Part shown: positions 11,473 through 21,049 of the stretch, piece by piece
How positions within the stretch are numbered: position 1 is the stretch's first letter
Layout: each line of letters starts with the position of its first letter
Source of the DNA: Bacilli bacterium
Lineage (GTDB): Bacteria; Bacillota_I; Bacilli_A; RFN20; CAG-826
Reading direction: 5' to 3'
DNA: 64,000 nucleotides
NCBI GenBank assembly: GCA_034185265.1
Contig: JAXFZD010000008.1
Coordinates: 25-64,024 of the forward strand
The notes under the pieces: model-generated
Database searches by the model: none
Seen by the model: the letters and a program-made list of their open reading frames with translations, nothing else
What the model was told of the DNA's origin: nothing
Made by a program: the position numbers and the translations under genes

Positions 11473-11532
11473 GAAATGACCTCCTAAATGGTTAGTCGAT
11501 AAAATTTACTATAAATTTTAAAAAGTTCAATA

Positions 11533-12780
11533 TTATTCTCCAACATTTATGTGGAGTTTTAAGACAGATGTGTGATATTCGCTAAATGATTTTCTAAATC
11601 TAGGAACGTAGATAATCTTGCCATTTTTATTAACAAATACTGGCCACATATATCTTAAACTGACTGGCATACCCCAGGTTGAGAATAAGGTTCTAACTGG
11701 TTCTAGATAGCCATGAGGAGAATATAAATCTGAAGGAAGAGCTGTTCTAATTGTAATTGGATAATCTTCTTTCTTTATTCCTCTATCTTCAGCTCCCATC
11801 GAGAAATCTAAATCAAATTCATCAGTGTGAAGTTCTCCTTCGCTTTCTAAAACATAGGTATAAGGAAGGTGTTCAAAATTGCTTCCTACGGTAACTAAAT
11901 CGTATTCTTTAATTAAGTAGGTATCTCCAGCTAACTTAAATGCATCGTTAACCTTATCAGAAAGTAAGAATTTTCTAATTTGTTCAATTTTTGCTGCGCT
12001 TAGCTTAACTTTTGGATCAGTTCTTAAGATAAAGTGGAGAATTGTTGCGCTAAAATCATCTTTAGAAAGAGCAATTAAAGTACGAACATCAAGTTCTTCT
12101 CCAGCGAGAATTTCTTCTCTAACATCTTCTATAAGTTCTAGAGAGTCATGTCTAGTTTGCTTCATTTCCTCGATTAAGTTTTCTCTATCAACTTCTGAGA
12201 GTTTTTTAATGACTTCATAGTGAACAGAAGATTTAAGATGAGCGATTTCTTCATCAGTTACTACTTTTGAGAAAGGAACACTATTCTCAATGTCATATTC
12301 CTCTAAATCTTCAGGAGTAAACTTTAATAAAGGCCTAACAACAACCATTCCAAATTTTGTTGAAACGGCTGAGAGAGAATATTTTGCACTGCTATGTCCA
12401 TTTTGTTTACTGTCTAAGATTGTTTCGATTAAATCATCTTGAGTATGAGCTAAAAACAGCGCAGAAGCGTCATATTTTTCATAAATTTTCTTAAAGAAAG
12501 AATATCTAACGTTTCTTGCCCATCCACGATAATCACTTTCTTTACCTAAAGTATCGCAAGAATTTGTGTCGCAATATTCAAAGACTAAATCGTGTTCTTC
12601 ACAGTACTTTTTAAGATTATTAACAACGTGTTCTTCTTCATCAAAAATCTTGTAATCAATGTAAATAATTACTGGCTTTACACCTTCTTTTTGAAGCATG
12701 TCAACCAAAGCCATAGAAGGGCTACCGTATGTACAAGCTGCTAAATAAACAGAATCTTTATCAAATTTGTAATCTAACAT
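11533..12780 (-). CDS. tilS: TilS (tRNA-Ile lysidine synthetase) homologue with degenerate PP-loop
   Basis: ARNVRYSFF, LFLAHTQDDLIET, VVRPLL and TilS C-terminal motifs; syntenic yabO-tilS-ftsH. PP-loop SGGxDS reads TYGSPS. Confidence 0.8.
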   Translation of the reverse strand: MLDYKFDKDSVYLAACTYGSPSMALVDMLQKEGVKPVIIYIDYKIFDEEEHVVNNLKKYCEEHDLVFEYCDTNSCDTLGKESDYRGWARNVRYSFFKKIYEKYDASALFLAHTQDDLIETILDSKQNGHSSAKYSLSAVSTKFGMVVVRPLLKFTPEDLEEYDIENSVPFSKVVTDEEIAHLKSSVHYEVIKKLSEVDRENLIEEMKQTRHDSLELIEDVREEILAGEELDVRTLIALSKDDFSATILHFILRTDPKVKLSAAKIEQIRKFLLSDKVNDAFKLAGDTYLIKEYDLVTVGSNFEHLPYTYVLESEGELHTDEFDLDFSMGAEDRGIKKEDYPITIRTALPSDLYSPHGYLEPVRTLFSTWGMPVSLRYMWPVFVNKNGKIIYVPRFRKSFSEYHTSVLKLHINVGE

Positions 12781-13043
12781 TGTTCATCCTCCACAATTTT
12801 GTCTTCAAGAATTTCGAACATAGCTTTAGAGTCTGCTTTTGATGCAAATTCTCTAACCTCTAAAACTTTAACTTTTATCCGATGTCTTCCTAATATTAGA
12901 AAGAGTTCATCCAGAGGTTTTATTTCAGTAGATGGCTTTGCAACTTTTGAATTTACAAAGATATCTCCATCATCACATAACTTCTTAGCAATTTCTCTTC
13001 TTTTTACAATTCGGGAAATTTTTAAGAACTTATCTAACCTCAT
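12774..13043 (-). CDS. yabO: S4-domain RNA-binding protein YabO/RqcP (Hsp15-like)
   Basis: MRLDKFLKISRIVKRR...AK...G...VN...AKPS signature; downstream of mfd as in Bacillus. Confidence 0.92.
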   Translation of the reverse strand: MRLDKFLKISRIVKRREIAKKLCDDGDIFVNSKVAKPSTEIKPLDELFLILGRHRIKVKVLEVREFASKADSKAMFEILEDKIVEDEQC

Positions 13044-13084
13044 TTGAATAATTTTAACACATTATAAAATAATGTATTACAAAT

Positions 13085-16000
13085 CTAATTATTTTCTTTA
13101 TTTTTTTCGTATGTTCTATGAACGCATTCCATTATTTTCTCTAGTGAATAAATGTAATTTTCATCCTTTTTAACAGTAATTCTTAAAATTCTGTCAACGA
13201 AGCTAACCTTAATTATTCCTAAGAATGGGACCAGTTCATTAAATAGTTCACTTCCGATCCCGTTGATAGAAGAAAATTCCTTGCTTAAGAACAAATCAAC
13301 AGAGTATTGATTATCCTCAATTGTGTTAAATTCTGCAAAATTGAGCAAAATATCGATTTTTTTCTTCTCAAAAAGTAGTTTGACTTCTTGAGGAACTCGA
13401 CCATAAATATCTCTGATTTTCTTCTCAAATTTATCTAGCTCAGCCTGATTCTTACATTCATCAAGCTCTTGATATAAAGATAATTTGTCACTCTTTGATG
13501 CATATTCTTGAGGAAAATAAGCATTAATATTGAGCATTTTTGTTGGCTTAGGTTCATCAATAACTTCTTTTTTAGTCTTTTCTCTAACAGCCTCGTTAAG
13601 AAGTTTTAAATAAAGTTCTAACCCGATAGAATCGATAAAACCAGCTTGTTCAGGACCGAGCATATCTCCTGCTCCACGAATCATTAAATCTCTTTGAGCA
13701 ATCTTATATCCGCTGCCTAATTCTGTAAATTCTTGTATAGCGGTTAATCTTTTCTTAGCGTCCTCGTTAAGCTCTTTCTTTTCTTTATATGTAAGGTAAG
13801 CATATCCAATTCTAGATCCTCTTCCTACTCTACCTTTAATTTGATATAGCTGAGAAAGTCCGAATCTGTCGGCATCTTCAACAATAATCATATTTGCATT
13901 AGGTATATCTATTCCGTTTTCAATAATCGAAGTACATACAAGAACATCTATATCTCCGTTATAGAATTTCTCCATAACATCTTCGATTTCATCTTTATCC
14001 ATTTGCCCATGAGCTACACCAATTTGAGCATTAGGAATCCTTGCTGCTAATTTTGAAGCAATTGCATAAATAGTTTCAACTCTATTATAAACATAGAAAA
14101 CTTGACCACTTCTTGCTAATTCACGCTGAATAAGTTCATCTATTACATCTTGATTAAAAGGAATTACGTAGGTTTGAATTGGCATTCTAGTTGAAGGTGG
14201 AGTATTGATTGTAGAAAAATCTCTTACTCCGACTAATGACATTTGAAGAGTTCTAGGAATAGGAGTTGCAGACAAAGTTAAAACATCAATACTCTTTTTA
14301 AGCTCTTTAATCTTTTCTTTTTGTTCGACCCCAAATCTTTGTTCTTCATCTACTATTAATAAACCTAGGTCTTTAAATTCAATTTCTTTAGATAAAAGTC
14401 TGTGGGTTCCAATTATGAAATCTATTTGACCCTGTTTAATTAATTCGATGTTCTTTTTTTGAACTGATGCAGGAACAAGTCTAGAAAATAAAGCTATCCT
14501 AATTCCAAAAGAAGAAAATCTAGATAAAGCAACTTCATAATGCTGTCTAGCAAGAAGAGTTGTTGGAGCCATTAAGGCTACTTGTTTATTTGCACTTATT
14601 GCTTTAAACGCAGCTCTAAAAGCAACCTCAGTTTTTCCAAATCCAACATCACCACAAAGAAGTCTGTCCATTGGTTCTTCTTTTTCCATATCAGCTTTAA
14701 TTTCATTGATAGATTTTTCTTGGTCTGGACTTAGTTCATATTGGAATTCTTTTTCAAATTGAATTGAAAGTTCATCATCTTCAGGGAAAGCAAAACCTTT
14801 TCCTTTTGCTCTTTCTCCATAAAGAGCCAAAAGTCTATCAGCTAATTCGTTAATCCTTTTCCTAATCTTCTCTTTCTTTTCGTTCCAATCACCTTTAAAT
14901 AATCTGCTTAACTTAGGCTTAACCCCTTCTCTTCCAGCATACTTTCTAACAAGCCTAAATTGTTCTAAAGGAACATATAAATATTCGTTCCCTGCGTAGG
15001 CAATTTGAAGAAAATCACGGCAATTCCCCTCTATTTCAATGGTTTTTATATCAACATACTCTCCAATTCCGTTATACTCATGAACTACAAAATCACCTGG
15101 CTGGAGCTCTTCATAAGACTTTAAAATTGTTGCTTCTTTGAATCTTGAAGTAAATCTAGATGAGCTTCTTCTTTTACCAAAAAGTTCATTAGAAGAAATA
15201 TAAGCTATCTTTAAAGAAGGTATTTCAAATCCTTCTGAAAGATATTTAGATGTTATTCCTACTTTGCCTTCTGGTAGATTAAATTCATCTACTTCTTCAA
15301 AAGATATTTTTTCATTGTTTAACAACTCTTCAATTGATCTTCTTTGCTGCGATTCATTTAAACTAATCACAACTTTATCATTCATATTTATATAGGAAGA
15401 AATTGTAGGGAGAATTGAATTAAGATTTCTTGTAACGTTTGCAATTTGATGGACTTGAAAAATGAAATCTGCTTTTTCTGAATAGAATTCAGTCCCATAA
15501 AGAACGTTTTTCTTTAAAGGAAGAGCTTCAGTTAAATCCATATAATAGCGGATGCTCTTTATTATTTTTCCTTCTAATTCTAAGCTATGGAAAAATTCTC
15601 TTGCTTCAAACAGCAATAAATCTATAGATTTTTCAAATGAACTTTTGTTTGCAATATAAATCAATTCACTATCAAAATAAGAAAGAACGGAATTAGATTC
15701 ATTAAGGCCAAACACGTAATATTTGTAGAGCTGTTCTTTATAATTGTGTTTCTCATAATCATCGATTACTTCTTCACAAATATTATTTAATCTCTTCTTT
15801 TGCTCTTCACTAAATAAAGATAATTCTTTTTCTTTTTCAGCTCGAATTCTTTCAACAAAGGATGAAAGCTTTTCATCAGAAAGAAAAATATCAGAAGCAG
15901 GTAAAATTTCTACTTCTTTTAGAACTTCTTTAGATTCTTGAGTAGACAAATTAAATACACGTATCGATTCAATTTCGTCATCGAAGAACTCAATTCTAAT

Positions 16001-16558
16001 TGGATCAAGAGAAGAAACACTATAAATATCTAAAATGTCACCTCTAGAAGCAAATTGAAGAGAATGTTCTACTTTGTGAGCTCCTCTATATCCTAGATCC
16101 ACTAACTTTGACTTTAATTTTCCTAAATCAAAATGTTCCCCGACCTTTAATTTAAGAATATTGTTTTGGAAATCTTTTTTTGAAGGAAGAAAACGTAAAA
16201 TTGCAGAAGGATGAGTTATTAAAATTTTCTTTCGTGGCTTTAAAAGTTGCCCAAGAGCATAAAGTCTTTGACCCATAAGCTCATTACTTGAAGTATAAGT
16301 ATCGCTTCTTAGTAATTCATCATTGGGGAAAAAGACTAAATCTTCTTCATCTAAGAAGTTTAAAAGAAACTCATATTGTTTCTGAGCTAAATACTGATTT
16401 GAACAAATTAACGTAAGATTTGCCGGGTTTTTCTTAAAAAATGCTGCAAAAAGTAGTCCAATTCCAAGCTTTTCATCTATAACAAAAGAGCCCTTCTTGC
16501 TTTGAAGGGGGGAGGTATCAATTTTAGTAAGTAACGTTTCTAAAATATCTTGTCCCAG
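13085..16558 (-). CDS. mfd: Transcription-repair coupling factor Mfd (probable CTG start, 1157 aa)
   Basis: RGDILDIY, CarD-like RID ([12 protein letters not shown]), [29 protein letters not shown] motif. The frame stays open 94 codons upstream of ORF-track ATG 16276 and encodes the Mfd N-terminal FFPNDELL motif; SD AAGGAG lies 8 nt before CTG 16558. Confidence 0.93.
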   Translation of the reverse strand: MGQDILETLLTKIDTSPLQSKKGSFVIDEKLGIGLLFAAFFKKNPANLTLICSNQYLAQKQYEFLLNFLDEEDLVFFPNDELLRSDTYTSSNELMGQRLYALGQLLKPRKKILITHPSAILRFLPSKKDFQNNILKLKVGEHFDLGKLKSKLVDLGYRGAHKVEHSLQFASRGDILDIYSVSSLDPIRIEFFDDEIESIRVFNLSTQESKEVLKEVEILPASDIFLSDEKLSSFVERIRAEKEKELSLFSEEQKKRLNNICEEVIDDYEKHNYKEQLYKYYVFGLNESNSVLSYFDSELIYIANKSSFEKSIDLLLFEAREFFHSLELEGKIIKSIRYYMDLTEALPLKKNVLYGTEFYSEKADFIFQVHQIANVTRNLNSILPTISSYINMNDKVVISLNESQQRRSIEELLNNEKISFEEVDEFNLPEGKVGITSKYLSEGFEIPSLKIAYISSNELFGKRRSSSRFTSRFKEATILKSYEELQPGDFVVHEYNGIGEYVDIKTIEIEGNCRDFLQIAYAGNEYLYVPLEQFRLVRKYAGREGVKPKLSRLFKGDWNEKKEKIRKRINELADRLLALYGERAKGKGFAFPEDDELSIQFEKEFQYELSPDQEKSINEIKADMEKEEPMDRLLCGDVGFGKTEVAFRAAFKAISANKQVALMAPTTLLARQHYEVALSRFSSFGIRIALFSRLVPASVQKKNIELIKQGQIDFIIGTHRLLSKEIEFKDLGLLIVDEEQRFGVEQKEKIKELKKSIDVLTLSATPIPRTLQMSLVGVRDFSTINTPPSTRMPIQTYVIPFNQDVIDELIQRELARSGQVFYVYNRVETIYAIASKLAARIPNAQIGVAHGQMDKDEIEDVMEKFYNGDIDVLVCTSIIENGIDIPNANMIIVEDADRFGLSQLYQIKGRVGRGSRIGYAYLTYKEKKELNEDAKKRLTAIQEFTELGSGYKIAQRDLMIRGAGDMLGPEQAGFIDSIGLELYLKLLNEAVREKTKKEVIDEPKPTKMLNINAYFPQEYASKSDKLSLYQELDECKNQAELDKFEKKIRDIYGRVPQEVKLLFEKKKIDILLNFAEFNTIEDNQYSVDLFLSKEFSSINGIGSELFNELVPFLGIIKVSFVDRILRITVKKDENYIYSLEKIMECVHRTYEKNKENN

Positions 16559-16560
16559 TG

Positions 16561-17130
16561 TTATTTCTCCTTTCCATTGTAGTGATTCATTGAATAAACA
16601 AAGTCATGAAGCAAAGCATCTTTAACAGCAAGTGCACCTTTTTGAATTCCTAAATTAGTTAATTCTAAATGTTCCCCTGCTGGCTTAGAAAGAACGTAAT
16701 CAATTCCTGAATGAGAAGGTTCTCCTATACCAATTCTCACTCTTTTGAATTTATCTGTGCCTAAGTGAGAGATGATACTTTTTATTCCATTGTGTCCGCC
16801 ACTAGACCCATCTAAACGAAGCCTAATTTCACCTTCATTAATAGCCATATCGTCATAAACTACTATTAAATCATCAATATCGATTCCAAAATAATCCATG
16901 AAGGGTCTAATAAATTCACCTGAATTATTCATAAAAGTATTTGGTTTAGCCAAAAAGACTTTTTCATTTAATTCAGGAATGAATCTATATCCGAAATCCC
17001 CATTGAATTTAGTGTTATCTAGGTCAATATTTAAAATATCGCTCAACTTATCTATGACCATAAAGCCCATATTGTGCCGAGTATCTTTATATTGAGATCC
17101 AATATTTCCTAGCCCAACAATAAGTTTCAT
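16561..17130 (-). CDS. pth: Peptidyl-tRNA hydrolase
   Basis: LIVGLGNIG..Y..TRHNMGF, KPNTFMNNSG, YDD, GGHNGIKS, RVRIGIG. Confidence 0.98.
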   Translation of the reverse strand: MKLIVGLGNIGSQYKDTRHNMGFMVIDKLSDILNIDLDNTKFNGDFGYRFIPELNEKVFLAKPNTFMNNSGEFIRPFMDYFGIDIDDLIVVYDDMAINEGEIRLRLDGSSGGHNGIKSIISHLGTDKFKRVRIGIGEPSHSGIDYVLSKPAGEHLELTNLGIQKGALAVKDALLHDFVYSMNHYNGKEK

Positions 17131-17687
17131 TTTTCTTCTTCGTTTGGTTCAACTTCAACTACTTTATCTAAACGTCTAATGACGTTAACAATCTTCTCGA
17201 TTCCTTTTTCATCGTGAACGATTAAAGGATTATCTTTAATGTCGGCAAGTCCTCTTGCAGATGCTCCAAATTCATCATCTTTTGCCATTAATCTAAGAGA
17301 ATTAGAGATTAAAAATCTGTTAATTGGATCTAATTTTTTAAATTCAAAGCTTCCTTGAAGCTGATAATATCTTAGATGATAAAGATCTAAAACATTCGCG
17401 TTTATCATATCTTTTCTACTTTCTGCAGAAGGGAAAGACATTCCACAAGAAAAGACAATAACATGTTTTTCCTTCATATCGTCCCAATAGAATAAAAAGT
17501 CATTTAGCCCTTGGATTTGAGATCCTTTAACCCAACCTCCGTAGACGACAACGTCATATTCATCTAACTTTTTCTTAAATTTAAATTTTTTACGTGGAAA
17601 AACATCTCCACCAACCTTTTCAGCAATTTCTTCGGCATATTTTTTTGTGGAGCCTACATGTGATTCATAAATAACTACTGTTTTCAT
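17127..17687 (-). CDS. Flavodoxin-domain protein (HemG/Flavodoxin_5-like)
   Basis: VIYESHVGSTKKYAEEIA phosphate-binding loop, YDVVVYGGW; ATGA overlap with pth. Start set at ATG 17687. Confidence 0.75.
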   Translation of the reverse strand: MKTVVIYESHVGSTKKYAEEIAEKVGGDVFPRKKFKFKKKLDEYDVVVYGGWVKGSQIQGLNDFLFYWDDMKEKHVIVFSCGMSFPSAESRKDMINANVLDLYHLRYYQLQGSFEFKKLDPINRFLISNSLRLMAKDDEFGASARGLADIKDNPLIVHDEKGIEKIVNVIRRLDKVVEVEPNEEEK

Positions 17688-17768
17688 GTGCCACATTTTA
17701 ACACAATTTAATATTAAAATTAAATTAACTTGTTTCTTTTAGACTTGTTGTATCTTATAATTCGAAGC

Positions 17769-18746
17769 ATGAAAATTAAGTCTTTATTTATTGATATTTG
17801 TAAAGGCGCATCACTCGGATTAGGTGCCCTACCTGGCGTTTCTGCCGGAACAGTTGGAATTGTCGTTAATGTCTACGATAAACTTATCGATAACATTAAC
17901 AATCTAAAAAAAGATTTCTTAAAATCATTCCTTACTCTTTTACCTATTGGTTTAGCCTGGGTAGCAGCAACATTGATTTTAATGTATCTTGAAGGAAAAG
18001 CTTGGGCTTATATTCCTTTCATAATTGTCTGTGTCTGTGCAGGTTTCACTATTGGTGGTTTGCCTGTTATTTTCTCGCAACTTAAAGGAATGACTTGGAA
18101 AAAAGCGGACACGGCTAAGCTGCTTACGGGATTTGCTATAGCCGCTGGAATTGGCGTTGTTTCTGTTTTAGCCTACGTTTACCGTTGGTTTGATTTAACC
18201 ATGGCTTTCAATAATCCAAAAGATAATTGGTATATTTACATCGTTGTTCTTTTTGTCGGATTCTTCCTTGCTGTAGCTTGCTTAGTTCCGGGTATTTCTG
18301 GTGCAATGATTCTGTTTATTTTCGGCATTTATAATCCATTAATTGGGCTTTTCTCTGGACCTAATTCAATGTTCAAAAACCACGATAGGGTTGGTTCTGG
18401 ATTACTACTGCTATTCATAATAATTATCGGAATTATTATAGGTTTCCTCGCTGTTTCTAAAGCTATGAAAACTTTATTAGTAAAACATAAAACATCAACT
18501 TATGTTGTTGTTCTTGGATTTGTTCTAGGATCTATCGTTTCAATGTTTGTTAATAATCAAACTTGGGGTCTTTATTGTCCTGAATATGATGTCCCTCCTT
18601 ATGTCTCCGCACCAGTATTTAAACCTGTTGCGAGAGCTACATGGCAATATGTTGTTGGTGGAATAGGTCTTGTTGTAGCAGCTGTTGTGACATTCGTTAT
18701 TATTAGAAAATTCCTCAATAAAAAAGAAGAAAGTCCGCAAAACTAA
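17769..18746 (+). CDS. DUF368-family membrane protein
   Basis: Duplicated motif LPGVSAGTV / VPGISGAMILFIFGIY, multi-TM. Start set at ATG 17769. Confidence 0.8.
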   Translation: MKIKSLFIDICKGASLGLGALPGVSAGTVGIVVNVYDKLIDNINNLKKDFLKSFLTLLPIGLAWVAATLILMYLEGKAWAYIPFIIVCVCAGFTIGGLPVIFSQLKGMTWKKADTAKLLTGFAIAAGIGVVSVLAYVYRWFDLTMAFNNPKDNWYIYIVVLFVGFFLAVACLVPGISGAMILFIFGIYNPLIGLFSGPNSMFKNHDRVGSGLLLLFIIIIGIIIGFLAVSKAMKTLLVKHKTSTYVVVLGFVLGSIVSMFVNNQTWGLYCPEYDVPPYVSAPVFKPVARATWQYVVGGIGLVVAAVVTFVIIRKFLNKKEESPQN

Positions 18747-18881
18747 GCTCTTTTTAAAGAATTCGTTCTTTTTTCTTTCCAAAAATTATTAATTAGCTTT
18801 TATAAAAGATTTTTACCCAATTAGAAACAAGAAAATGAATTTTCTTATACATAATTGAATTATTTTTACTATAATCATTAC

Positions 18882-20258
18882 ATGAGTTTCGAATGCCATC
18901 ATTTAGACAAGTGGGTCTTCGCTAATTTAGACTTATGTGAAGAGCAATTAGAACTAGGCAAACATAAAGCCTTAGTTCTTATTTCTGGTGCTTCTAGCTC
19001 TGGAAAATCTTTTGCTGCCCAATATCTAGCTGAAATATTAAAAAATTCTCAACATAAGTTAATTACTATCTCTCTTGATATGTATAACTTTGGTCTTTCA
19101 GGGATTATTCCAAACAAAGTTAACAAAAATTATTTTGATGGAAAGCTTCCTAAGATGGAAGAAATTAGAAACATAATAAAAGACATTATTTACGATATTC
19201 CATTCGAAAAGAAATACGATAGAACCAGCTTAAATAAAATCAAAAAAGCTCTTAATCAATATATGTCTGGCTCGGATTTAACAAAATTCATAAAGGGATT
19301 ATCTGAAGAATGGGCAAAATTAAACTTCGATGAACCAAGCGTTTACGATTTAGAAGAAGCTGCAAAAGACATTCATTTACTATTTGAAAATAAAACAATT
19401 AAAGAAAAGAAATATTCCAAAATCGTCTCAGAAAGAATTGATTCCAAACATAGAATTGATGGAAGCGACTGCGATATTATTGTTGTTGAAGGTATTTATT
19501 CTCTTACAAATGAATTCCTTAATCTTCTCGAGGATCTTAATCCAATTAAGAACTTTATTGATGGAAATCCTAAATCATTGTTCTTAAGAAGAATACTTAG
19601 GGATAAAGTTTCTACCTCTGCCCCATCAACCTTTACAATCAAAAATTACTTTAAATTCATTATTCCTTCATATGAAGAAACCATTCTTCCCGCAAGAAAC
19701 CATGCAGATATTATATTAAATAATGAAATGACCTTCTTAGAGCTTCGTGAAGGACCTCTTTACAGTATTAGAGATACATTTGAAGTCACCAATAATGAAG
19801 GTCTTAAATATTTAAAAGAGCATTCTCATATTATTTATGAACATTACGAAAAAGACTCTTATTTTGGAGTTTTGAACGAAATAAGTCGCGGAGATAACAT
19901 TCTTAGATTTAGAGAAATCTCCAAAGATAAAGGTTTAACTTACGAACCATTCTCTTTAATCCATAAAGGAATTAATAAATTAAGAAAAGACGGAAGAATC
20001 ATTCGTGCAGTCAACGTTCTTCTAGATGAAAAAGAAGTTAAAGAGGTTTGGCAAACTGAAGATTCTTGCTTATTAGATTTCTCTAGGGCAGGGTTTATTA
20101 TCAAAAAAATCGAGAAAAAAGTTAAAACTAGAATCATCTACAAGAACCAAAGTTTTACTTTGTTTGAAGTAGAAGGAAAGAAAGCCTATATTGAAATCCA
20201 TAATCCTTGTGAAGAAAAAATTCTCGTTGAGATAAAAAAACTTTTAACAAGTGAATAA
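18882..20258 (+). CDS. Uridine kinase/PRK-family P-loop kinase fused to a C-terminal CYTH-like domain
   Basis: GASSSGKS Walker A, SLDMY, FDEP, IIVVEGIYSL, RRILRD, ADII (Udk fold); then EKDSYF, LRFRE, KxRxxY, FTLFEVEG..AYIEI (CYTH-like). Confidence 0.7.
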   Translation: MSFECHHLDKWVFANLDLCEEQLELGKHKALVLISGASSSGKSFAAQYLAEILKNSQHKLITISLDMYNFGLSGIIPNKVNKNYFDGKLPKMEEIRNIIKDIIYDIPFEKKYDRTSLNKIKKALNQYMSGSDLTKFIKGLSEEWAKLNFDEPSVYDLEEAAKDIHLLFENKTIKEKKYSKIVSERIDSKHRIDGSDCDIIVVEGIYSLTNEFLNLLEDLNPIKNFIDGNPKSLFLRRILRDKVSTSAPSTFTIKNYFKFIIPSYEETILPARNHADIILNNEMTFLELREGPLYSIRDTFEVTNNEGLKYLKEHSHIIYEHYEKDSYFGVLNEISRGDNILRFREISKDKGLTYEPFSLIHKGINKLRKDGRIIRAVNVLLDEKEVKEVWQTEDSCLLDFSRAGFIIKKIEKKVKTRIIYKNQSFTLFEVEGKKAYIEIHNPCEEKILVEIKKLLTSE

Positions 20259-20306
20259 AAACTATTGAAAAATTTTAGTGCTATTTTATCATTCGCATAC
20301 AACGAT

Positions 20307-20906
20307 ATGCCAAGGACAGCCGCACAAAACAAAGAAATTAAAGATAAAAGACGCAATGAAATTCTAGAATCAGCCCTTAAATGCTTTGCATTAATTGGAT
20401 ATAAAAATTTAAGAATAGATTCGATTGCTAAAGATGCAAATTGCTCTCATGGTCTTTTCTATCACTATTTTGCTGACAAACAAGCTATATTTAAGGGTCT
20501 ATTTTCCTCTATCATTCAAGAGGCTTCTTGCTTACCTCCAGTAGACGAAATCGACGTACAGGGTGGCCTCGATTCGTTAAAACTGCTTTTAAATTACTTT
20601 AAAAAATTAGAGAAATCTCCTTTAAGAAATATCTATATTGTGAAAATCGTTTTCGATATGAATTATATAGAGAATTTGCCTCCTCAAATGGCCTCTTGGG
20701 CAAGACAATTTGATTTATTTAAAATTCTACAAGATAAGATTTCTCTTGGACAGAAAGAAGGCCACATAATCAACGGAGATCCAAAAGAAATAGCACAATG
20801 TTTCTTTTTCCTAATAGATAAAATCTTCTCTAACAAAATTAAAGGCTCCCCAGTAAACATTTCAGAAGAAGTTCTTCTTGAACTTTTCTTAAAACACTCT
20901 ATCTAG
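20307..20906 (+). CDS. TetR/AcrR family transcriptional regulator
   Basis: MPRTAAQN...ILESALKCF...GY....IDSIAKDANCSHGLFYHYFADK HTH. Start set at ATG 20307. Confidence 0.9.
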   Translation: MPRTAAQNKEIKDKRRNEILESALKCFALIGYKNLRIDSIAKDANCSHGLFYHYFADKQAIFKGLFSSIIQEASCLPPVDEIDVQGGLDSLKLLLNYFKKLEKSPLRNIYIVKIVFDMNYIENLPPQMASWARQFDLFKILQDKISLGQKEGHIINGDPKEIAQCFFFLIDKIFSNKIKGSPVNISEEVLLELFLKHSI

Positions 20907-20914
20907 TTTTAATC

Positions 20915-20975
20915 AGTAATTTTTTCCTTTTAGAAACCCTAGAAAGCGTTTTCTATAGAAAAAGATTACTTTTTT
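20915..20975 (+). terminator. Long imperfect hairpin plus U run between tetR and ppdK
   Basis: AGTAATTTTTTC...GAAAAAGATTACT inverted repeat followed by TTTTT; contains perfect palindrome TTTTCTATAGAAAA at 20949-20962. Confidence 0.5.
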
Positions 20976-21049
20976 CTATAAAAAGACCCCTTCATTGTGA
21001 TAATATTTTTTCGCTAGGGTAAATGACCCAATTTTCAATGGAGGAAAAT

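Noticed and set aside
16276-16558. mfd as an N-terminally truncated gene or pseudogene, as the ORF track implies
   Set aside because: The upstream frame is open, conserved and preceded by a good SD; a non-canonical start explains it better.
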